Shown piece after piece: positions 1-11,365 of a stretch of DNA of 32,570 bases; within the stretch, counting starts at the first letter, position 1, and each line of letters starts with the position of its first letter. The notes under the pieces are model-generated. The model saw only the letters and a program-made list of their open reading frames with translations. It was not told the origin of the DNA and made no database searches. Source of the DNA: Macrostomum lignano. Its lineage: Eukaryota. Both the position numbers and the translations under genes were made by a program. The stretch covers positions 1 to 32,570 of the forward strand of contig NIVC01004536.1 of the NCBI GenBank assembly GCA_002269645.1, written 5' to 3'.

Positions 1-401
1 CCAATCCGTGGCCAGGTGTTCAAAGTTCGAGCTCCCTGGCTCAAACGAGCCGTGATTGGACCGAATGGGGAGACGTACATCTACCCGGGAGCTACCGACA
101 TCGTTACAGTTGGCGGTTGTCGCCAACCAAACAGCTGGTCGACCGAGCCCTGTCCCGACGACGCCTCCAAAATCTGGTCTCGAGCTACCCGACTCGTACC
201 GTCAGTGGGCGGCGCAGAAACTGTCAATCAACTGGCGGGCTGAGGCCGGCTCGACTCGGCGGGATTCGGGTCGAATTAGATTCCACCGACTCGCGAATAG
301 TGCACTGCTACGGCCACGGCGGCAACGGGGTGGCCCTGGCCTGGGGCACCGCATCTGAGGCAGTTAAACTCGGCTTAGAATCGCTGCGCAGAGGCGGCTG
401 A
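1..401 (+). CDS. D-amino-acid oxidase / D-aspartate oxidase family, 3' part (5'-truncated by window; -1 frameshift at 240/241)
   Basis: Frame 1 reads PIRGQVFKVRAPW...YIYPG...VTVGG...LAG; restoring one C at 240/241 (ggc ctg agg) continues GLRPARLGG...IVHCYGHGGNGVALAWGTASEA to TGA at 399-401. P-RGQ, GLRP and HxYGHGGxG are DAO/DDO family motifs. DAO vs DDO not resolvable here. Confidence 0.9.
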   Translation, partial: NPWPGVQSSSSLAQTSRDWTEWGDVHLPGSYRHRYSWRLSPTKQLVDRALSRRRLQNLVSSYPTRTVSGRRRNCQSTGGLRPARLGGIRVELDSTDSRIVHCYGHGGNGVALAWGTASEAVKLGLESLRRGG

Positions 402-677
402 CAGCGGCTAATGCGCTATTTTCAAATGCACCGATATGTATCGAAAATAGTATTTTTTAACTTTGATTCTTTGCAGCATCAGCTGCTCCTAGACAAAACT
501 ATTGAAATGCTCGAGCTTTGCTACTGTCAGTAAGTGGCCAGGATATTTATTTGAACTTTTTAGTTGTCTTTATCTGTAATAAGTGCATTTTAAATTTGTT
601 ATGATTTTTTATTTATAAAATGCCTATTTTCATACCGTTGTTTTAAAACCGTGCAATTAAAATTTGTTTTGGTGCGC

Positions 678-683
678 AATAAA
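678..683 (+). terminator. Candidate polyadenylation signal AATAAA of the DAO-family gene
   Basis: AATAAA in AT-rich sequence ~280 nt after the stop. Confidence 0.35.
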
Positions 684-789
684 TTTCTGGATTCTTTTTG
701 GCTTCAGTTTAACCATTGTTAATTGCTTTTTAGCTTCAGTTTTAACTTGAACAAATTTTTGAAGCGTTAATATGACTAAATTTTCAAGG

Positions 790-2050
790 CACCTGTTAGA
801 CTGGTTTCGCTTGTTAGACACTGAATGTCACCTGTCAGAAACTGAGTGTCGCCTGTTAGACACTGTTAGACACTGGTCTCGCCTGTTAGACACTGGATGC
901 ACCTGTTAGACACTGAATGTCACCTGTTAGAAACTGAGTGTCGCCTGTTAGACACTGAATGCACCTGTTAGACACTGGGTGTCACCTGTTAGACAATAAA
1001 TGTCACCTGCTAGAAACTTGGTGTCGCCTGTTAGACACTGGGTGTCGCCTGTTAGACACTGAATGTCGCCTGTTAGACACTGGGTGTCACCTGTTAGACA
1101 CTGGGTGTCACCTGTTAGACACTGGATGCACCTGTTAGACACTGGGTGTCACCTGTTTGACAATAAATGTCACCTGCTAGAAACTTGGTGTCGCCTGTTA
1201 GACACTGGGTGTCACCTGTTAGACACTGGGTGTCGCCTGTTAGACACTGGGTGTCGCCTGTTAGACACTGGTGTCACCTGTTAGACACTGGGTGTCACCT
1301 GTTAGACACTGGGTGTCACCTGTTCGACACTGAGTGTCACCTGTTCGACACTGAGTGTCACCTGTTAGACACTGGGTGTCGCCTGTTAGACACTGGGTGT
1401 CGCCTGTTAGACACTGAATGTCACCTGTTAGACACTGAATTTCACCTGTTAGACACTGAATGTCACCTGTTAGACACTGAATTTCACCTGTTAGACACTG
1501 AATGTCACCTGTTAGAAACTGAGTGTCACCTGTTAGACACTGGGTGTCGCCTGTTAGACACTGAGTGTCGCCTGTTAGACACTGGGTGTCACCTGTAAGA
1601 CACTGAATGCACCTGTTAGACACTGGGTGTCACCTGTTAGACACTGGGTGTCGCCTGTTAGACACTGAGTGTCGCCTGTTAGACACTGAATGCACCTGTT
1701 AGACACTGGGTGTCACCTGTTAGACACTGGGTGTCGCCTGTTAGACACTGAGTGTCGCCTGTTAGACACTGAATGCACCTGTTAGACACTGGGTGTCACC
1801 TGTTAGACACTGGGTGTCGCCTGTTAGACACTGAGTGTCGCCTGTTAGACACTGAATGCACCTGTTAGACACTGGGTGTCACCTGTTAGACACTGGGTGT
1901 CGCCTGTTAGACACTGAGTGTCGCCTGTTAGACACTGAATGCACCTGTTAGACACTGGGTGTTACCTGTTAGACACTGGGTGTCGCCTGTTAGACACTGA
2001 ATGTCACCTGTTAGAAACTGGGTGTCGCCTGTTAGACACTGAATGTCACC
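790..2050. repeat. 21-bp minisatellite (CACCTGTTAGACACTGGGTGT and variants), ~60 units, containing an 83-bp higher-order repeat
   Basis: Direct tandem units; 4 identical 83-bp (21+21+21+20) blocks start at 1610, 1693, 1776 and 1859. Confidence 0.97.
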
Positions 2051-2300
2051 CATTAATAACATATATCATATTATATGCATAACATAAGTGTTAACGTAAC
2101 AAGTGAACAGTGACTTATCCTGGCACTGGCACTTAGACACATCGTTTTCTGGGATGAGCTACAATGTATAGATAATTTAATATAAGCCTACATGCTCCTG
2201 TTTCCTTATTAGGGAGTCTTTCTCAACGGTAGTAATTGGCCGACTCAGACTCTGTCCGTATATTGCTCCAGCAGTCATGTACAACACACAAGACCGAGCT

Positions 2301-2340
2301 TCTCTCTCCTTCCCTCCTCTCTCTCTCTCTCTCTCTCTCC
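2301..2340. repeat. (CT)n microsatellite upstream of SLC5A7, followed by a 7-bp inverted repeat CCGCTCA-gtgag-TGAGCGG (2339-2357)
   Basis: Seen directly. Confidence 0.85.
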
Positions 2341-2553
2341 GCTCAGTGAGTGAGCGGTCCGAACTCGGGCAAGAGAAAGTAACGGAAAAAACTGGCTGCA
2401 CTTGAAGGAGCGGCGGCGCAGATTTCTTTATAGCAGAGGCCCGTGTCCTTTGAGCTCGATCCCTTGCTCAAGGCAGATTCTTGCTAAACTGGATCTGTCT
2501 TCCTCACTTGCCGGCGGCGTTCCAGTTTAATCCAGTCGAGTAATTTTTCTGCA

Positions 2554-2728
2554 ATGGTTTTAGAGAATGTGAACATTATTGGACTGGTATCCGTGCTGCT
2601 GTTCTATCTGCTCATTCTAGCTGTGGGCATCTGGGCTGGACGAAGGAGCAAGAACCGCGGCGACAGCGAAGAGGTCATGGTGGCTGACAGGAGCATCGGG
2701 CTGACCGTGGGAATCTTCACGATGACTG
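2554..2728 (+). CDS. SLC5A7: SLC5A7 exon 1
   Basis: ATG 2554; [29 protein letters not shown]...GIFTMT; donor G|GTGAGT. Confidence 0.93.
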
Positions 2729-5700
2729 GTGAGTCACAGATCTACGAGGGGCGTCCGGAAAGTAGTGTTACTATTACTCGGTGTGGACGTATGGAAAGTT
2801 GCACTTGCATGAGTTTGGTGTCATTTGAAAGCGGCAAGTCTCTTCTTTAAAATGACACCAATTGCAAGAGATTTGAATATGTGCTTCAAGAGATATGGAC
2901 CAAGGGGCGCCAGCACCAAGGGGCGCCAGCACCAAGGGGCGCCAGCACCAAGGGGCGCCAGCACCAAGGGGCGCCAGCACCAAGGGGCGCCAGCACCAAG
3001 GGGCGCCAGCACCAAGGGGCGCCAGCACCAAGGGGCGCCAGCACAATTTCCTGTAAAAGTAGCTAGTAGTCCATACATATAAATAAGCCACTGATAATGA
3101 CAATTGCTCCACAACTTTCCCATTCCAACACGCACAGCCACCTGGGTTGGCGGAGGCTACATCAACGGCACGGCAGAGACGGTGTTCAACCCGGCCATCG
3201 GGCTGGTTGGTGCTCAGGCTCCGTTTGGCTACGCTTTCAGCCTGGTCTTCGGTTTGTAACAATTCTTGTAGATTTTGTGCGCACTATTTGCACCAACTAC
3301 TTAAAGTAGACTTTTGCGAGTAAAGTGCATAATTTATAAATTAATTAGACTAAATGATAAGTATATGACGCGCTTCTTTTAACTGAGTTGCTGGGCCAGC
3401 CTCCCAGATCCTCAGTTGCTGGGCCAGCCCTGTCAGATCCTCAGTTGCTGGGCCAGCCTCCCAGATCCTCAGTTGCTGGGCCAGCCTCCCAGATCCTCAG
3501 TTGCTGGGCCAGCCCTGTCAGATCCTCAGTTGCTGGGCCAGCCTCCCAGATCCTCAGTTGCTGGGCCAGCCTCCCAGATCCTCAGTTGCTGGGCCAGCCC
3601 TGTCAGATCCTCAGTTGCTGGGCCAGCCCTGTCAGATCCTCAGTTGCTGGGCCAGCCTCCCAGATCCTCAGTTGCTGGGCCAGCCTCCCAGATCCTCAGT
3701 TGCTGGGCCAGCCTCCCAGATCCTCAGTTGCTGGGCCAGCCCTGTCAGATCCTCAGTTGCTGGGCCAGCCTCCCAGATCCTCAGTTGCTGGGCCAGCCTC
3801 CCAGATCCTCAGTTGCTGGGCTAGCCTCCCAGATCCTCAGTTGCTGGGCCAGCCCTGTCAGATCCTCAGTTGCTGGGCCAGCCTCCCAGATCCTCAGTTG
3901 CTGGGCCAGCCTAGCAGATCCCCAGTTGCTGGGCCAGCCTAGCAGATCCTCAGTTGCTGGGCCAGCCTCCCAGATCTTCAGTTGCTGGGCCAGCCTCCCA
4001 GATCCTCAGCTTAATAATACCAGCCACAATCGCTCTCACACCTAGGCGGGCTGTTCTTCGCGAACCAGATGCGCACCAGGGGCTACGTGACCATGCTGGA
4101 CCCGTTCCAGTACAAGTACGGCGAGAGAATGTGCGGCCTGCTGTTTGTGCCGGCTCTGCTTGGCGAAGTTTTCTGGTCGGCTGCGATTCTGTCCGCACTG
4201 GGTGAGCCTCATTAATAGCGAGAGGTGCAAGGTGTATCTACCTACCTAAATGAGCATTGAGTTGTCAGGGCAGCCTACTATGTGAATTTTCAAAGGACAC
4301 GAGTGCCGGATAGAGAGGCTTCGCGGGCCGTCTGAGGCCCTTGTTTACATTCGAACTAGGCAAAAATCATGTGGCGACGCGAACGGTCCCAGAGTCGAAG
4401 TAAAACTTAGGCATCTCAATGAAGTGTCAATTAAATTTACATCTGACACTCCAGATTGCGGGTTTTATGCTTGATTCAGATGCAACTTTAACCATAACAG
4501 GAGATTAAAATTCGTTTCTGAATTTATTCAAAACGCAGGCGCCACACTCAAAGTGATACTAAACATGGACAACACTCACGCTGTGATTGTGTCAGCCTGC
4601 ATCGCACTCGGCTACACTCTGTTTGGAGGTCTCTACTCGGTGGCTTACACAGACGTTGTGCAGCTGTTCTGCATATTTATTGGACTGGTAAATGATTGCT
4701 TCGGCGTCTGCTTGACGTTTTACCTAAAGGTGTCACCTGGATGTGTCTCCAAGTGTGCCTGCAAGTGTGATTGCCTAAAGTGCGTCCTGCACGTGATACA
4801 TGATGTTTAACAGTTTAACCTTCACTGGGCAGCCTTGTGCAGAGCCTTCGATAACATCTTCCAGTGAATCCTGCTCATTCAGCTAACTCTTGAGAACATT
4901 TACAAGTGAGCCAGTGTCGTACACAGACACGCACTCATACACACGCTCACACAGGGTGTACAACGGGCCCTAATTGATTTTCTAATCGTCAGACATGTAT
5001 ACTCACTGCTGTGCCTTGGGGGTTGGCCCTCATGGTTGTGAATCACAGGACAACCCCCCAGAAATATTTTCTGGCACAAGCAAGACCCAAATGAATGTTG
5101 CCGCACACGGAATAAAACCAGGGGTACTAGTCAGATGCTTAAATTGAATAGAATGATACATTGAAAGCTTGCTGATTGAGAGCCAACCTATTCACACTTT
5201 ATCCTCATCAGTGGCTCTCCATTCCGTTCGCCATGATGAACCCGCTGGTGCAGCCCATCGCAACCACAGCGCTCACTCGGGTTGTGAACGGCACCGAACA
5301 GACCGGCTGGCTGGGCACCGTGGCACCTCAGGATGCCGCTTACTACGCCGATAATTTTTTGATGCTCACCTTTGGCGGCATACCCTGGCAGGTGTATTTT
5401 CAACGCGTTCTGTCGGCCAAGACGGCTCGAAATGCTCAGTTATTGTCGTACATTGCCGCCTTTGGATGCTTGGTGATGGCTCTGCCATCCGTTCTAATTG
5501 GAGCTGTGGCAGCTTCAACAGGTAAGAGAGCTCTCTCTGTGCCGCGCGCTGATGATTTCTCCACCACATCAAATATCACACTGACCCTGATGCAACGTCT
5601 TTTGACGCAGTCATACGCACAGGCACACACTCATACAGGAGTGTACAGCGGCCCTAACTTTATTCATCTTCGTAAATTGCACTAGCAGACCCGAGCCGAG

Positions 5701-6690
5701 ATTCCAATTTAGTCCGAAATTAACGTGACTGCACTTGGAATCGAGCCTGGGCCGCTGGCACATGGAGCACCGCACCAGACCACTAGGATACGTCCCCCCA
5801 ACAAATGCCCCTATTCCATCTTACAAACTGGTAACATGCGCATGGTACTGTTCATGTGATATCATTAGCCTTGTCCAACACATTCCCCTGCCCCACTGCC
5901 AGACTGGGAGAGCACAGCCTACTTCAACCTGACCCAGTCGACGCCATTTAGCAAAGACGACATGAAGCTGATTCTGCCGCTAGTCCTGCAGTACCTCTGC
6001 CCGCCGGCCGTCGCTTTTGTCGGCTTGGGCGTCGTCTCCGCCGCCGTGATGTCCTCAGCGGACAGCTCGATCCTCTCTGCCGCTTCCATGTTCGCTCGCA
6101 ATGTGATGAAGCCGATTTTTTGGCAGACGGCAACTGACCGCCACGTCATCTGGTCGATGCGGGCAGCCATTGTAGTTGTTGGCATCATTGCTTGCATCTT
6201 AGCCATCCAGATCTCGACAATCTACGGCTTGTGGTTCCTCTGTTCGGATCTTGTCTATGTAGTCCTGTTCCCGCAGCTGATCTCTGTTATCTACCTAGAC
6301 TGGTCCAACACGTACGGCAGTTTGGCCGGTTACGTCACCGGGATGTTTCTGAGAATATCGGCCGGCGAGGCGCTGATCTTCCTGCCCGCTCTGTTCCACT
6401 ATCCCGGCTTTGTTGACGGCAGCGAATTTTATCAACGATTTCCCGTTAAAACATTCAGCATGCTGGCTTCGTTGGCTTCGTCCGCTCTAGTGAGCTACAT
6501 GACTCACCGACTTTTCACTGAAGGAAAGCTGCCACCTGCTTGGGATGTTTTTCAATGCGTTGTCCCGAAGGAGACTCGAAGTGTCACCATCGCTGCTGCT
6601 GCTGAAGATGATGATGGATTGATGCTGCCACCAATGGTTCAGCCGAAGCCAGAGGCCAACGAGCCTGAGTTGCGATCTGATATTGATTAA
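2554..6690 (+). CDS. SLC5A7: High-affinity choline transporter (SLC5A7/CHT1/cho-1), 6 exons: 2554-2728, 3138-3251, 4046-4201, 4539-4687, 5212-5521, 5903-6690; 1692 nt = 563 aa + stop
   Basis: All five introns are GT-AG with compatible phases (1,1,1,0,1). The spliced protein has CHT1 motifs: [113 protein letters not shown]. Confidence 0.97.
2899..3042. repeat. 16-bp minisatellite (ACCAAGGGGCGCCAGC) x9 perfect, SLC5A7 intron 1
   Basis: 144 bp = 9 identical units. Confidence 0.97.
3138..3251 (+). CDS. SLC5A7: SLC5A7 exon 2
   Basis: Acceptor ACAG|CC; [38 protein letters not shown]; donor G|GTTTGT. Confidence 0.93.
3386..4009. repeat. 28/29-bp minisatellite (AGTTGCTGGGCCAGCCTCCCAGATCCTC / ...CCCTGTCAGATCCTC), ~22 units, SLC5A7 intron 2
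   Basis: Two interspersed unit variants, seen directly. Confidence 0.97.
4046..4201 (+). CDS. SLC5A7: SLC5A7 exon 3
   Basis: CTAG|GC; [52 protein letters not shown]; donor G|GTGAGC. Confidence 0.95.
4539..4687 (+). CDS. SLC5A7: SLC5A7 exon 4
   Basis: GCAG|GC; [11 protein letters not shown]...[21 protein letters not shown]; donor |GTAAAT. Confidence 0.95.
5212..5521 (+). CDS. SLC5A7: SLC5A7 exon 5
   Basis: TCAG|TGG; WLSIPFAM...[14 protein letters not shown]...GAVAAST; donor G|GTAAGA. Confidence 0.95.
5903..6690 (+). CDS. SLC5A7: SLC5A7 exon 6 (terminal)
   Basis: CCAG|AC; [10 protein letters not shown]...[14 protein letters not shown]...SDID*; TAA 6688-6690. Confidence 0.95.
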
Positions 6691-6786
6691 GCTTGGACAT
6701 CCGCGTTGTAGCGGGTTAGTACAGTCTACATATAGCTTGACAAAATTTATTGTTGTTTTAATACTAAAGTATTAAAGTAGTTTAGG

Positions 6787-6792
6787 AATAAA
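6787..6792 (+). terminator. Candidate polyadenylation signal AATAAA for SLC5A7
   Basis: First AATAAA, ~100 nt after the stop. Confidence 0.45.
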
Positions 6793-7610
6793 ACTTAAGG
6801 CTATCTATATGTATAGATAAAGCTACTTAAATATTTTTATAATTGGGTAGCTCATCCGTTAGCTGTAGATAAAAATGCACACGCTCCGGAAAACAAGAAA
6901 GTTGAATATTGTATTTGATTAATGCTATTTTCTCATTCGCAGTTATTCACAAAATTCGAGGTTGTTTTTTTTTTAATTTAAAAATTTAGATTTTTTTTTA
7001 ATCTGCTTGAAACATATACTGTCAAAGTATTATTGCTTTTCAATATCTAACTTTACATATTTTTGCTGTTATTTTTAATATAAATTTTGCGCTCATATTT
7101 GTGCATTGCATACTGTAGTATCAATGCCGATGCAAATGATAGTTATTCCGTTTCAAAAAGGTTGTAGAATCAATATTTAACTTTTTAATCAAGGATTTTG
7201 TTTAAAGTATTTTTTATTTGCTACCTCGCAAATCATCAGCAGTTTTATTCATTTTTAGTCAACTCGACGAAGGTTTTAGCTTGATGTTCATTTTTTTTAT
7301 AGCTCTTTCTGTAGTTTTTTTAACTTTTCGGCTGACACTTTTATGCTTTACGATAGTTTGTGTTCATTCTACTTTTGCGATTATTATAACATGAAATTTC
7401 ACTCAAATACACGTTGATTTTTACAGCACTCTTTGTTGAAGCGCTGCCCGAACTTAGAAGAGATGGGTTATCAAGCTTATTAAATAATAAAACTCATTCC
7501 ACACTTAGAATTAACTGACTATTAGCTGATTAACTTTAATTTTAATTTTTCGAGATTAACTACGATGGGAACAAGCCTACTACAACTATCGCCTGTTTTG
7601 GGCCTTCTAA

Positions 7611-7787
<177 letters not shown>

Positions 7788-8669
7788 CTGTTTTGGTGTT
7801 TTGTAGTTCTGATTCTCAGAAATTCTGTATTGTGTTTCTCAGCATGATCAGCTTCAGCGAATGCCTTTCTAAATAGAGCGTCTTTGTAAAATAATTTGAA
7901 CGGGCGAACAAGGAGTGTTTAACTATTTATAGGCTCCACCATACCGCTCACTGCCCAGTACACAAACCGACGTTGAAAAACATGAAGTGCAGTAGTTGAT
8001 TTTACCCTCATTGCCGTCAACCTTAATGAATTATTCATGAAGATCTTAAACCGCCTTAATTTTACTGGAATAACACTGCACGCGGTAAGTCCTTTATAAG
8101 AACGGCACGGTAAAGAGCTCCTCACATGGCATTCTCTGGCTGTGCGCCTACCAAAATGCCGGGGCCTCCGAACGACATGCTGACGGAGCTGCAGAACCGG
8201 CAGCGGGCCTACATTCAAAGCACTTGTGAGCCGCCATCGCCAACCCACGAGCCCGAACGTGACGTTGTTGAAGACTGCAACAACGGTTCTAGACAACGAC
8301 AGAATGCTAAAACGATGGTGACTGGTGAAGGTCAGTGTGAGTTGCCGATGCTCTTGTGGTTACACATGTAACATATGTACAGTATTCTTCGGTATCGACA
8401 AAAGGCAATTGCGGCTGTCAGCATGCTGGCGTATGTCACTTTACATGACAATAATTAAAGACTAGAACCCTACAGCAATCCGACATATCGATGTGACTAG
8501 CAAATTATTACTGTTACACTACAGCGACGTTCACCCGACGTCTACAATTACGATGACAAGGGTGTTCACAAACATCCTGGATGCCACTGCTGAACCAGGA
8601 ACTTCTCTTCCCGCGCTCGCCAGCACTTTAGCCTCTCTCTCTGCTCGTTCTCCTTTGCCGACTCGCCCG

Positions 8670-9066
8670 CCAGCACATCCGGCCTCCTCATTGCCTTCAA
8701 TACCACAACGGCTGGGAATCCACTTCAGGATGAATTGGTGAACAGTTTGGACCAGCTTCTTACTAAGCTCTTTACGGATTTTGCTACCTAACGGATTTCT
8801 ACCTCTGCCGCTGATCATATGCAGCCCGCTCTTGTTATCCATGTAAATTAGCGCCTTCTTCCAGGCGTGTTAGAGTCTCCAACCATCTGACCGCCTGAGA
8901 AGTGCGGAACGCAAAGTTCCGCATGAGAAGAAGACGCGAGTCTTCCGCCCGCCACTTTCCGCAGCTCGATCGGCCCTCTGCTGCTCTTTGATCTGCCCTG
9001 CACCACGCCACCTCCCCTACTGCCCGCCTTGTCTACAGAAGCAACCATCTGTGAGGATGGTCAAGT
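8670..9066 (-). mobile_element. Degenerate RNase H domain of a non-LTR retrotransposon
   Basis: The minus strand gives, across frameshifts and in the correct order, ILTDG..., SSSHAEL, IYMDNKSGL and FILKWIPSRCGIEGNEEAG. These match the D/E/D/D motifs of non-LTR RNase HI (IYTDGS, AEL, IxTDSxSAL, WIPSHxGIxGNExAD). Confidence 0.75.
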
Positions 9067-9194
9067 GCACGGGTATTAGACTTATTTCTATACTAGTGGT
9101 TCTTTGAAAAAAATATCATCACACGTAACTCTGAAATATCACCTAAAGATGCATCACTTGGAATTTGAGGAGTCTGAATTCGTGGATATGACTA

Positions 9195-11348
9195 ATGGAC
9201 TCCAAAAAACAGAACGTCGGTTTTGAAAAAAGAGCCCTAACTCAACAATTGAATCGAAGTTTAAGCTCAAGGTTGTATTTATTTAATTTTTCGTACATAA
9301 TACGATTCAAACACAATTCCAGCTCACCACAGCAGTACGTGCCGTATTTTGCTGAGCCAAATCTCAGCCCTGGGAGCTGTGGGTCTGACGATCAGCCTGA
9401 CCGGCCTCATCACCGTCTGCGTGGGATTCGCCTTGAGCAGATCCGCCATCGGCGAGTTCGTGCGACAGCATCAGGACCGACATGATGTCACGTTCGACAT
9501 GATGTGAGGCTGCAATGCGGTCTGTTAAATAACATAAGCAGTGTTTTGACTTCTTGGTCAGCTGAAGCAGGACCATTTTTGCAGGAAATTTTTAGGATTA
9601 GATTTTGAATAGCTCGCCTTCTGGATTGCCGAATTCTCGGAATCTGGCCTCTTTCAGATACTTTTTAAACAGCTAGGAAGGCAAGTAAACCTGATAAGTA
9701 ATCTCTTTTACCTACGCCAGGTGTCCCAATGTGACCAACAGTATCATAGGTATCGTTGTTGGAAGCTTCACGTACTCGGCGATCCACTTTCTAGTTAATT
9801 GCGTCACATCTACTGGCTTCGGCTTCGGCTGCCGAAAGCGAACACTCGTGGCTATTGTGAGTAGCTATTTTTGTTAAACAGCATCTCTTTAACACGTCTC
9901 AATGGCAAAGCCATTTAGCACGTCTTCCTGTCAAGGAATTTTTTTCGCACATTCACTTTCTGGAGCAACTGTGGCACAAAAGCGTTCTTCGTCTTTCCAA
10001 GTGCGCTCAGCAAACCGATGTCAGCGATGTCCGGTAAGAAATTTCGCACGGGAAGGTTCCAAAACGTTGTGTACTGTCCAAAGTATAGCTGAACTGCTCT
10101 GACCACTTCCAACAGGGGTCGGCATGCACACTCCGACCCGCGGATCACACATGCGGCCCGCGAAGCCTCTATCCGACCTTCGGGTCCGAGAAACTTCACG
10201 GGTAGTGTCTCTGTTAACTCTCTTTTTTATTCTATTCCCTCTCCTCTCTTTCTTCCTCTCCCTTCTCTCTTCCCTTCTCTCCACCCTCTTCTTCCACCTG
10301 CTCTATACCCTAATTCTTCCTTCTTTGCCTTTTTTTCCTCTATTCCCTCTCTTCTCTCTGGCCGGCAGTCATGCGCTAGATTATATACTTGTCCCTAAAG
10401 TCAAAACAGTTTGCTGACACCTGACTTAGAGCTTTTTTAATACTCGTAATTTCTGCTTATCTACATCATTACTTGAATTTCTTATGACTTGTCAAACCAA
10501 AACAAATCATTTTCGGCTCTTACAAAAGCAAACAGTAATCCTGACGTCGATAGAAGTCGCCGACGCACGTTGGATTGTTGCACAAGTAAGCAGTAAAACA
10601 GATTGCTAACAAGTCTGATCTCCTGACCCTCAACCGCAGTGGCTGACTCTGGACATATTCGTCACAGCTGGCTGGTATCTGCTATCCTGCCTGTCCTTCG
10701 TGCCCCTGTTCGCTCACCTGGCCTACTCCAGTCGATTAAAACGAGGCGTACATGACTTGGACCTGAATCATTACATCACCGCGTTGGTGGTAAATCCTAA
10801 CCTAATAGTTACAATGACAACAGGTGACGAAGCATCCGCCTTGAAGCCGGCTGTAAGGAAACAACGATTTCAACTTAAAAACCTTATAATAAAAAACCGA
10901 ATTGCATCATATATAAAAGTACGAGAAATCCTTTTCAGTCGTTCTCTACATTTTATCCAATATTAACGCTATACATTGGAAACTGCGTTGTGACAGCTAG
11001 TCTGGTAAACTCCATTAATTTATTGGATTTGACTTGTTATACAACAGCTTATAGTAGTCCTTTAGCTTCACTGATTAGCCAGTAGCTTCGCTTAATAGTA
11101 GCAAGTAGAGTGTAGTTTCATTAAATTTTAATTCAGTTTTAGCTAAAATAACGAACAAACAATTTTCGCTGCAGGTACTTCAAGCGAGTTGCCTTGCTGT
11201 AAATCTGGTTACAAACCAAATACTTCGTGGTAATCGGCAAGAAAAATCATCCAATAATCGACGAGATATACAAAGTCAGCCTGCTGTCACTGATCAATCG
11301 AGGCAAGTCGTTGCTATGAATACTACAGGCTGCATCTTGCCAAACTAA
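9195..11348 (+). CDS. Putative four-transmembrane protein (LAPTM/tetraspan-like topology), 5 exons: 9195-9271, 9333-9503, 9721-9856, 10640-10789, 11175-11348; ~235 aa; exon 1 is tentative
   Basis: Exons 2-5 join in frame at GT-AG sites (AT|GTGAGG..GCCAG|G; ATT|GTGAGT..CGCAG|TGG; GTG|GTAAAT..TGCAG|GTA), giving four hydrophobic segments, an NVT sequon in loop 1, a basic CRKR cytosolic loop, TAA at 11346-11348 and AATAAA at 11360-11365. The family call is inference. Confidence 0.7.
10220..10360. repeat. Pyrimidine-rich (C/T) low-complexity tract, intron 3 of the 4TM gene
   Basis: Seen directly. Confidence 0.7.
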
Positions 11349-11359
11349 ATTTGATCGAT

Positions 11360-11365
11360 AATAAA
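11360..11365 (+). terminator. Candidate polyadenylation signal of the 4TM gene
   Basis: AATAAA 12 nt after the predicted stop. Confidence 0.4.

Noticed and set aside
948-1623. Repetitive ORFs (CHLLDTG / QCLTGDT) and similar ORFs at 2774-3262, 3388-4045 and 21028-21624
   Set aside because: Translations of tandem repeats that are open in several frames and strands; two arrays lie inside proven CHT1 introns
790-4009. CRISPR-like appearance of the regular repeats (also 16902-17280, 21216-21601, 30035-30297)
   Set aside because: Units are directly adjacent with no unique spacers, there are no cas genes, and the context is eukaryotic; they are minisatellites
7919-8371. ORFs of 81-125 aa and a GTAAGT donor-like site at ~8086
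   Set aside because: No recognisable motif or consistent exon chain
9110-9170. BED-finger-like peptide KYHHT.TLKYHLKMHH (hAT transposase relic)
   Set aside because: Needs a frameshift, has no upstream CxxC or downstream transposase, and overlaps the likely 5' region of the 4TM gene
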